Shown here: positions 24,629-31,696 of the stretch, piece by piece
How positions within the stretch are numbered: position 1 is the first letter of the stretch
Layout: each line of letters starts with the position of its first letter
From: Oscillospiraceae bacterium
Lineage (GTDB): Bacteria; Bacillota; Clostridia; Oscillospirales; CAG-382
Direction: 5' to 3'
NCBI GenBank assembly: GCA_015063785.1
Contig: SVTM01000006.1
Location: 22,979 to 86,978 of the forward strand
Length of the DNA stretch: 64,000 bases
Translations under genes and position numbers: made by a program
Notes under the pieces: model-generated
Seen by the model: only the letters and a program-made list of their open reading frames with translations
The model's database searches: none
Told to the model about the DNA's origin: nothing

Positions 24629-25561
24629 TTATTTCCCACTTGCCGCAGCTTCCAACATTCTTTCAAGAGGAAGGCGGGCGGCACTCATTTCTTCATCGGT
24701 CATATAAACTTCGTTTTTAAGGTTTTCAAGAGTATCGAGCAGGTCGCAAAGACTTGTTTTCTTCATGTCGGTGCAGACAAGACAGGGGGACATAAGATAA
24801 AACTTCTTTTGCGGCATCTCGTAGCTCAATCTGTCGACTATCGCCTTTTCGGTGCAGACGATAAATTCCGTCGCATCAGAACTGCGACAAAAATCAAGTA
24901 TACCCGACGTGCTTCCAATATAGTCGCACTCTGCAAGAAGTTCCCCGCGACATTCGGGGTGAATGGCGACGAGTGCGTCCGGATGTTCTGCCTTTGCTGC
25001 ACGTAATTCTTCGAGAGTGACATCATGGTGAATGGGACAACATCCGTCCATAAAATAAAATTCTTTATCGGGCAGATACTTTGCAACGAAAGTGCCGAGA
25101 TTTCTGTCGGGAATGAAGATGATCTCATCTTGCGGAAGAGCCGAAACCACCTTAAGAGCGTTCGACGAAGTAACGCAGATATCACACACCGCCTTTGTGG
25201 CAGCGGTCGAGTTGATATAGCACACAACAGCAGCGTCGGGATGTGCTTTTTTCATTTCAAGAACTTTTTCGGGAGTAATCATGTCGGCCATCAGACAGCC
25301 TGCATCTCGACGGGGGATGAACACTCTCTTTTCGGGATTCATAATCTTGGCACTGTCGGCCATAAAGCTGACACCGCAGAAAATGATTATATCCTTGTCG
25401 GAAGAGCGAGCAATCTTTGCAAGCTCAAAACTGTCGCCGCAATGGTCGGCAACGAGCTGGATGGCAAGATCCTGATAATAGTGGGCGAGCACAAGGGCTC
25501 CTTTTTCCTTTTTCAGCTTTTCAATTTTTTCTGACATTTCGCTGATTGAAAGATTTTTCAT
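24629..25561 (-). CDS. nadA: quinolinate synthase
   Basis: AHYYQ..., GVSFMADSAKI, CPIHH..., HPECR... and three-fold repeat architecture. Directly abuts nadB. Confidence 0.9.
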   Translation of the reverse strand: MKNLSISEMSEKIEKLKKEKGALVLAHYYQDLAIQLVADHCGDSFELAKIARSSDKDIIIFCGVSFMADSAKIMNPEKRVFIPRRDAGCLMADMITPEKVLEMKKAHPDAAVVCYINSTAATKAVCDICVTSSNALKVVSALPQDEIIFIPDRNLGTFVAKYLPDKEFYFMDGCCPIHHDVTLEELRAAKAEHPDALVAIHPECRGELLAECDYIGSTSGILDFCRSSDATEFIVCTEKAIVDRLSYEMPQKKFYLMSPCLVCTDMKKTSLCDLLDTLENLKNEVYMTDEEMSAARLPLERMLEAAASGK

Positions 25562-25653
25562 GCTGGCAGATTCCTCTTTTTGTATTGCAGATTGACAATT
25601 TTTTGATAAATTCGGTGTAAAAGTATAAAATTATGCATTATATATTAGAGTAT

Positions 25654-25682
25654 ATTATAGCATAAACACAATGAAAATGCAA
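25654..25682 (-). promoter_or_regulatory. sigma-A promoter of nadABC
   Basis: On the minus strand: TTGCAT (25677-25682), 17-nt spacer, TATAAT (25654-25659). Leaves a ~85-nt AT-rich 5' UTR. Confidence 0.6.
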
Positions 25683-25750
25683 GGGTTTCCCGGCAAAAAC
25701 AGTATAAAAGTAAGAATCAATATCTTTTTTTACTGTAGCACGCAAAAACA

Positions 25751-25780
25751 AAAAACCGCACCAGATCAGCACGGCTTTTT
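25751..25780 (-). terminator. probable terminator after the PHP-domain gene
   Basis: CCGTGC/GTGCGG stem (two G-U pairs) between an A-run and TTTTTTGTTTTT on the minus strand. Confidence 0.45.
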
Positions 25781-25816
25781 ATTTCATATTTTTTAGTATG
25801 CAATCGAAACTGGGCA

Positions 25817-26671
25817 TCAGATTTCATACATATACGCTTTTCTCTTTCTAAAACAACAAAGCTCAAAAAAGCCGAGAGAGCGCAAAAGTTCTTCTCCAGC
25901 ATCAAATGCGATGCAGGCATTCTCTGCCACGTGTGCATCAGAACCAATGGCGACAAGCTCTCCTCCCAAATCACGGTATATAGATAGTATTTTGGCGTTC
26001 GGCATAAAAAATCCCTTGCAAAAAGAGTTGTTCGAGGTGTTAAGCTCGAGGGCTTTGTCACGACGTATAACAGTTTTCAGTATTTCCCGTATGATTTCCT
26101 CATGTTTCAAAAAATCATATCCAAGTTTGTACTTGCCGTTCACATACCTCTCGGGGCAGTTTAGATGAGCAAGAATGTCAAAATCACAGCAAATTGCTGT
26201 GTTTAGAAGATCGTCATAATATTTCCCTACAAAGCTTTCCAACTCATCTTCCGACAAGGTCGAAAAATCAAACTTTGAATAGGGGCATTTTATCTCGTCG
26301 GTAATGACTGTATGCACAGAACCTATAACAACATCAAAATCGAACCGTCCGATCATTTTGTCAGCAACGCTTTTGTCCCATATACCTTCACCCACTTCAA
26401 TGCCGCGCAAAATTTCTATTTTATCTTTGTATTTTTCGGCGGCAGTTGTGGCTTTTTCAAAGGAAGAAACAATCGGAGCCTCAATGTCTGTTCCGGAATC
26501 CTTCTCATCCATATTGAAATGGTCGGTTATTGCAAAAGCGATTGTTCCTTTTTCAATCTGTACTTTGCACAGATCATCGATATCGCAAGAAGAATCGGGA
26601 GACGAATCGGTGTGGGTGTGCATATCGACACGGTATTTATTTGCTTTTATATTTTTAAAATCAGAGCTCAT
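25817..26671 (-). CDS. PHP-domain phosphoesterase (histidinol-phosphatase HisJ-like family)
   Basis: VDMHTHTDSSPDS, GSVH and GSDAHV motifs. ATG 26671 has an AAAGGTAG RBS. The alternative ATG 26710 lies 3 nt after the ybaK stop and has no SD. Confidence 0.75.
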   Translation of the reverse strand: MSSDFKNIKANKYRVDMHTHTDSSPDSSCDIDDLCKVQIEKGTIAFAITDHFNMDEKDSGTDIEAPIVSSFEKATTAAEKYKDKIEILRGIEVGEGIWDKSVADKMIGRFDFDVVIGSVHTVITDEIKCPYSKFDFSTLSEDELESFVGKYYDDLLNTAICCDFDILAHLNCPERYVNGKYKLGYDFLKHEEIIREILKTVIRRDKALELNTSNNSFCKGFFMPNAKILSIYRDLGGELVAIGSDAHVAENACIAFDAGEELLRSLGFFELCCFRKRKAYMYEI

Positions 26672-26713
26672 CAAAAATTCTACCTTTTTAATATGATTTG
26701 ATAATTTCATTGC

Positions 26714-27187
26714 TTATGCAGTAAGATCGCACGTTTTTGCTTCAAGAAAAGCCACCAATTTTTCAGGGTCAAGCAAAAGCTGACACCCTCTCACGCCTGC
26801 GCTGACGGTTATCTGATCACATATTAAGCACGTTTCATCTATAAAAGTCGGAAACTTTTTCTTCATTCCGACCGGCGAGCAACCGCCGCGGATATATCCG
26901 GTTATTCCAAGCAGCTCTTTCACAGGCAAAAGCTCAACACGCTTGTCACCTGCGGCCTGCGCTGCCTTTTTCAGATCGATCTCGCACGACACGGGAATAC
27001 AAAACACAAGAATCCCCTGTTTTTCCCCACGCGCAACAATTGTTTTAAACATCATGTCCGGATCCATAGAAAGCTGATGCGCTATATGCATGCCCGAAAG
27101 GTCGTTTTCATCAACCTCGTATTCGAGAGCCCGGTATTCTATCTGCGCGCTTTCAAGCAAGCGCATGGCATTTGTTTTGTTTTTCAT
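26714..27187 (-). CDS. ybaK: Cys-tRNA(Pro)/Cys-tRNA(Cys) deacylase YbaK/EbsC
   Basis: KTNAMRLLE...YE, FKTIV, the GGCSPVG motif and length of 157 aa. Confidence 0.85.
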   Translation of the reverse strand: MKNKTNAMRLLESAQIEYRALEYEVDENDLSGMHIAHQLSMDPDMMFKTIVARGEKQGILVFCIPVSCEIDLKKAAQAAGDKRVELLPVKELLGITGYIRGGCSPVGMKKKFPTFIDETCLICDQITVSAGVRGCQLLLDPEKLVAFLEAKTCDLTA

Positions 27188-27211
27188 ATCATTTCCTACT
27201 TTTTTAATGTG

Positions 27212-28315
27212 TTATAGAACAAGAAGCATAAAACTTGCAAGTATTATTACAAATCCAAAATTGAATGCAGAGAAAAGTCCAATGTAATATAGTCCCTCTG
27301 TCGGGTTACTCTTGATGTACTCGCGGAAGGTTATAAGGCTTGCAAGTGATGCAATAAGTGTTCCTGCTCCGCCGATATTCACACCAAGCAAAAGCTCGCG
27401 GTAATTATCTGTAAATTGTGACAAAAGCACCGCGGACGGAACGTTACTGATGACCTGACAGGACAATATGGAAAAGATCATGGTGTTCTTTTCAAGAAGC
27501 GACGAGAAGAATTGTTGTACCGCAGGGATACGCGCCATGTTTCCGGCAAAAACAAAGAAGGCGGCAAAGGTTCCCAAAAGCCCGTAGTCAACCTGCAAAA
27601 GCGCTTTCCGATCGGAAAGCAACAGACATATGGGAATTATCACAAGTCCGACCTGATAAGGAATAAATCGAAAGACGATTATTATCGAAAGAGCAAAGAG
27701 TGCTAGATAAAACGGGGTCTTTTTCCTATCAATTCGATATGATTCTCCCGAAAACTCCAGCGGTTCGGGTCTTATAAGAAAACAACACAGCGTTATAATA
27801 ATGATGGAAAGCACAAAAGGCGGCAACATTATCATCAAAAATTCGCCCGTCGGTATGCTGAACTTGGTGTACAAAAACAAATTCTGTGGGTTTCCAAAGG
27901 GCGTCAGCATTCCTCCGAGGTTTGCTGCGATATTCTGCAGGATAAAGGTCAGCGCCATGTATTTTTCTTTTCCCGTCGTCGTAAGTATCATATATCCAAG
28001 CGGCAAAAAGGTGAGAAGAGCCATATCGTTGGCAATGAACATCGAGCCTATAAAGGTTATGTATACGAGCGCAATCACGGCACGACGGGCATTTTTAAAC
28101 CTTTTTACAATGCCTTGTGCGAGTATATAGAAAAAATTGACGTTTTTTAAGGCGCAGACCACTGCGAGAACACAAAAAAGGCAGGTGAGCGTTTTAAAAT
28201 CGAAATATGACAGATACTGGCTGTCAGGAGGAATAATAAAAGAAGTTACAACCGCTGCCACAAGAGCAATAAGGAAGACGGTGTTCTTTTTTGCAAAATC
28301 CGCAATATGTCGCAT
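27212..28315 (-). CDS. ArsB/NhaD-superfamily (CitMHS-like) anion permease
   Basis: About 10 predicted TM helices. FDFKTLTCLF..., FIANDMALLTFLP and GGMLTPFGNPQNL motifs are typical of citrate-transporter-like permeases. Confidence 0.6.
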   Translation of the reverse strand: MRHIADFAKKNTVFLIALVAAVVTSFIIPPDSQYLSYFDFKTLTCLFCVLAVVCALKNVNFFYILAQGIVKRFKNARRAVIALVYITFIGSMFIANDMALLTFLPLGYMILTTTGKEKYMALTFILQNIAANLGGMLTPFGNPQNLFLYTKFSIPTGEFLMIMLPPFVLSIIIITLCCFLIRPEPLEFSGESYRIDRKKTPFYLALFALSIIIVFRFIPYQVGLVIIPICLLLSDRKALLQVDYGLLGTFAAFFVFAGNMARIPAVQQFFSSLLEKNTMIFSILSCQVISNVPSAVLLSQFTDNYRELLLGVNIGGAGTLIASLASLITFREYIKSNPTEGLYYIGLFSAFNFGFVIILASFMLLVL

Positions 28316-28353
28316 AAACTTTGTCCTTTTTATATGTTAAAAACATTCAATTC

Positions 28354-29526
28354 CTACGATAACGATATGTTATCAAGTGCTTTTCTGATTTCACTCTCGG
28401 TTGCTCCGGCAGATCCCTGCACCATTCGGTCAGAACCACCGCCGCGAGCCGATACTTTTTCGCAGAGTAATGCCAAAACACTCTTTGCGCTGACCTTTTC
28501 GGATGCGATGATAAAGTTATACGCATCTTTTCCCGTCCTGTCAAAGACAGCACACCAGCCTCGCTTTTGCGCAAGAGCGTTTGCGATCACGCGCATGCCG
28601 CCTGCCCCAAGCTGTTCGTCGAACATCACATATCCCTCATATGCCTGCGGCACTCCATCGGCAATGGCAAGACAATATTTCTTTGTCACAGCAGTGACGG
28701 CAGAAGAAAGCCGTGACACCTCTGCCTGCAGATTTTTCACCGAATCGGCTATGCTTTCGGTGTTTGTCGAAAGCAGCGCATTAAGACATTTCGTTATATC
28801 GTGCTTTTCGGCGTAATCCTTAAGGGCATCACTTCCACATATGGCGTGCAACCGTGTGCCGCCCTTGTAGCGGTAGAAATCGACGATCTTAATAATGCCT
28901 ATCTCGCCGGTACGCGCCACGTGTGGTGCGCAACAGGCGCAGACGTCATATTTGCCAATGGTGACGATGCGCACGTCCTGTGCAAGATCAAGCTTGCTGC
29001 GATAATCCAGTATCTTAAGCGTTTCTGAATCAGGGTAATTTGCTATGATTTCGATATTTCTGTATATTGCAACATTCGCAGCATCCTCGATGACGCGTAT
29101 GTCAAGTGCAGAAAGATCTCCGTCGTAGTCCATCGTCATATCTGTTTTGCCAAGGTGAAACCCGACGTTTGTATATCCGAAGGTCTTGCAGACAAGTCCA
29201 GACACAATGTGCTCGCCCGAGTGGTGCTGCATATTACGGTATCTGTGAGCAAAATCTATTTTTCCGAATACTGTATTGCCTTCCTGCAAAGGTTCAGTCA
29301 AGAAGTGTATGATGATACCATTCTTTATTTCTACTTTTTTAGTAGGAAATCCGTCAATCGTTCCTATATCGCACGACTGACCGCCCTCCTCGGGGAAGAA
29401 CAAAGTCTTGTCAAGCACAACGGCATAACCGTCGTCTGTTTTTTTACAGGACAAAACCGATGCTTCGAACTCTGTCGAATAGGCATCGGCGTCGTATAGC
29501 TTTATTGTTTTTGTGATAGTATTCAT
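28354..29526 (-). CDS. alanyl-tRNA editing protein AlaX-L (tRNA_SAD plus DHHA1 domains)
   Basis: Zinc motifs HSGEHIVSG (HxxxH) and CCAPHV (CxxxH). C-terminal ARGGGSDRMVQGSA is DHHA1-like. Confidence 0.85.
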   Translation of the reverse strand: MNTITKTIKLYDADAYSTEFEASVLSCKKTDDGYAVVLDKTLFFPEEGGQSCDIGTIDGFPTKKVEIKNGIIIHFLTEPLQEGNTVFGKIDFAHRYRNMQHHSGEHIVSGLVCKTFGYTNVGFHLGKTDMTMDYDGDLSALDIRVIEDAANVAIYRNIEIIANYPDSETLKILDYRSKLDLAQDVRIVTIGKYDVCACCAPHVARTGEIGIIKIVDFYRYKGGTRLHAICGSDALKDYAEKHDITKCLNALLSTNTESIADSVKNLQAEVSRLSSAVTAVTKKYCLAIADGVPQAYEGYVMFDEQLGAGGMRVIANALAQKRGWCAVFDRTGKDAYNFIIASEKVSAKSVLALLCEKVSARGGGSDRMVQGSAGATESEIRKALDNISLS

Positions 29527-30884
29527 ACGAGATTAGAGTTGAAATGCAGATTAAACCGCAGGTTCACCTTTCTTGAGTTGTGATAGATGCTGTATGCAAA
29601 AAGAAGCACTGCAAAGAATATAAAAAGATTGCAGACACCCTGTATCATTTCGACTTTCTGAGCCATTCTTTCGAGATAGCCGCCTGTGAGCGTGTTATTT
29701 ATATATCCATAGTGGAAGTAAGCCTTCAAATACGGACAGACGTACGACAAAGCCGAAAGAACCGCAACAAACGAAGCACAAACCGTCGGAAAAGCGACAG
29801 AAATGCTGTCACCAGTTGAAACGTTATAAAGTTTTGCGGCACGCCTTGACGACAAAGCCACGAGAAGAACGAACAAAATCATCTCGCAAACGATAAGGGC
29901 GACTCCGATAACAAACGCCTCGCCTGTCTCGACAATTCTAATCCTACTGACATTGTATGTTTCATATCCCATGATCCTGTTTACTCCGGCATCTGTTATC
30001 GCGCGGAAAACAAGAGTGACAACCGAAATCAGCATCAGCGGAATGCCAACGGCAACGGGTGCCGTCCTTTTACCGCCAAGGCAAAGAAACGCCGCAAATA
30101 TAAGGGCATAGCACAGAATATCGGGAAGAATGTTTACCGAATCAGGCGCAAAATCAATCGTCAGAAAAGCCGCAATGGTCGATATTATAAAAAACCTTCT
30201 GAATCTGCGGCTGATAACAAGCGTCTCGTTGCTCGTGACGTTTTGATCGTAGATTTTTTGCAACTCGGCACAGAAGACGCGGTCGTTGGCAAGACCTCTG
30301 AAAAATCTGTGGTTTACGATGATATAATATATGCCGAGAATCAACACAAGGACGGTGAAAAACAGCACAGCATACTGCTTGTAATCAGCGATCGTAATCA
30401 CAGGATCAATGTGATACGAAAGGTCGTTCTGCGACGGACGGGCAAGCTCGAAAGCCTCGGGCACAAACGCCAGCGCATTCTTTACAATCATGAAAATCAC
30501 GGTGTATTTGCTGACCGTGTTAATCTGAGAAAGATGCTTGTCGCCACCGTGGAGATTGCAGGTATATTCAATGCCGCCATAAAGCGAGGAGCACAGACCT
30601 ATCATCATAATTATCTCTATTACCGCATAGATGAAGGTGAGGGGAAGAAATCCGTCCTTCCACGATCCTGTCGCATAAACCCAGAAAAAAAGTTTTGAAA
30701 GATAGATGGCAATCAGGCGGTTGGATATCTGACGCGCGGCAAAAAATCTGCCTTCGACATCAGACAATTTGTAAAGTCCCGAGCTTATCAGAATGCATCC
30801 GATAAAATCCGGAAAAATATCGAAAAGATTGATGCAGGGATTGAAGAAAAACAAAAGTCCTGCAAATATCATTCGAAAGCCCAT
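29523..30884 (-). CDS. polytopic membrane protein, unknown function, internally duplicated
   Basis: At least 10 hydrophobic segments. Motif INLFDIFPDFIGCILI (aa 18-33) recurs as VNILPDILCYALI (aa 250-262). Its stop overlaps the alaX start (ATGA). Confidence 0.65.
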   Translation of the reverse strand: MGFRMIFAGLLFFFNPCINLFDIFPDFIGCILISSGLYKLSDVEGRFFAARQISNRLIAIYLSKLFFWVYATGSWKDGFLPLTFIYAVIEIIMMIGLCSSLYGGIEYTCNLHGGDKHLSQINTVSKYTVIFMIVKNALAFVPEAFELARPSQNDLSYHIDPVITIADYKQYAVLFFTVLVLILGIYYIIVNHRFFRGLANDRVFCAELQKIYDQNVTSNETLVISRRFRRFFIISTIAAFLTIDFAPDSVNILPDILCYALIFAAFLCLGGKRTAPVAVGIPLMLISVVTLVFRAITDAGVNRIMGYETYNVSRIRIVETGEAFVIGVALIVCEMILFVLLVALSSRRAAKLYNVSTGDSISVAFPTVCASFVAVLSALSYVCPYLKAYFHYGYINNTLTGGYLERMAQKVEMIQGVCNLFIFFAVLLFAYSIYHNSRKVNLRFNLHFNSNLV

Positions 30885-30908
30885 TGATATCCTACCTTCC
30901 TTGTATGA

Positions 30909-31595
30909 TTACTTTCCCGACCTTGTAGCTTTAAAGGTCTGTTTTTGGTTTTTGCCTTTATTTGCGTTGTTTTGAATGGTCTTTTTTGCCCATTCTTTTT
31001 TGTCCTTTTTAAATTTCTTGTTCTTTTCGAGAAACTCGTTGTATTTCTTTTCTTCCTTTTCAAGCATTTCGTCGGTAACGATCATCATATAGCAACCGAG
31101 CAGAATGAAAAGGTTGAAAAGCATAAGTAGAATCTGATAAATACCCAACGGTGCCATCATAATCTCTCCGCCGGGAATAAAAGTAGCACAGATATGAGCA
31201 ACGTAGAAAATGCAAATGGCAACGGCGCCGAATCTTGCGCGCCCTACTGCCTTTGTATATCCGACCTTTTGCGAAATATTGCGGATAGCCATGTAAAGCA
31301 AGAGATGAAAAACGAGCAATCCGCCGTGGTACAGGATATTTTCTACAGTGACAAAATACGGTTCGGAAATAAATCCCATTTTGCTTCCCGTCACCTGAGA
31401 AAGCCACAGCATTGCGCCAAGCGCCGACTCGAGAAACATATATATAGAAGCGTATTTCGCATATTTGAAGGAAGGCTCCTGATTCTGAAGCTTGTCGAGG
31501 GCAAGGTACATGACAAAAAATCCTACTATTTCAATAGGAACCATTTTCAGAAGCAACAAGGTCATATATCCGACCAGAAATAATCCGAATCCCAT
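30909..31595 (-). CDS. polytopic membrane protein, paralog of one half of the 29523 gene, with a Lys-rich C-terminal tail
   Basis: GGAG RBS lies 9 nt before ATG 31595 (MGFGLFLVGY..., compare MGFRMIFAGL... in its neighbour). VPIEIVGFFVMYLALDKL motif. Tail is EKEEKKYNEFLEKNKKFKKDKKEWAKK... Confidence 0.6.
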   Translation of the reverse strand: MGFGLFLVGYMTLLLLKMVPIEIVGFFVMYLALDKLQNQEPSFKYAKYASIYMFLESALGAMLWLSQVTGSKMGFISEPYFVTVENILYHGGLLVFHLLLYMAIRNISQKVGYTKAVGRARFGAVAICIFYVAHICATFIPGGEIMMAPLGIYQILLMLFNLFILLGCYMMIVTDEMLEKEEKKYNEFLEKNKKFKKDKKEWAKKTIQNNANKGKNQKQTFKATRSGK

Positions 31596-31649
31596 TACGT
31601 TAAACTCCGTTTTCAAATCTCGAAAATCCGAGTGTTATTGTATGATTTT

Positions 31650-31675
31650 GTTCGGGCGGCGTTTGCCGCCCGAAC
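31650..31675 (-). other. strong intercistronic hairpin between secA and the downstream membrane-protein genes
   Basis: GTTCGGGCGGC (31650-31660) pairs with GCCGCCCGAAC (31665-31675). It is an 11-bp GC-rich stem with a 4-nt loop. No U-tract follows in the secA direction. Confidence 0.8.
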
Positions 31676-31696
31676 AAAACGATGTTTTTTAAAGTT

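Noticed and set aside
25562-25700. NiaR/NadR-type operator or NAD riboswitch upstream of nadA.
   Set aside because: Only AT-rich imperfect palindromes (around ATGCAT at about 25634) and a lone ACACC half-site are present. I cannot match them to a defined operator consensus from memory. A motif scan is needed.
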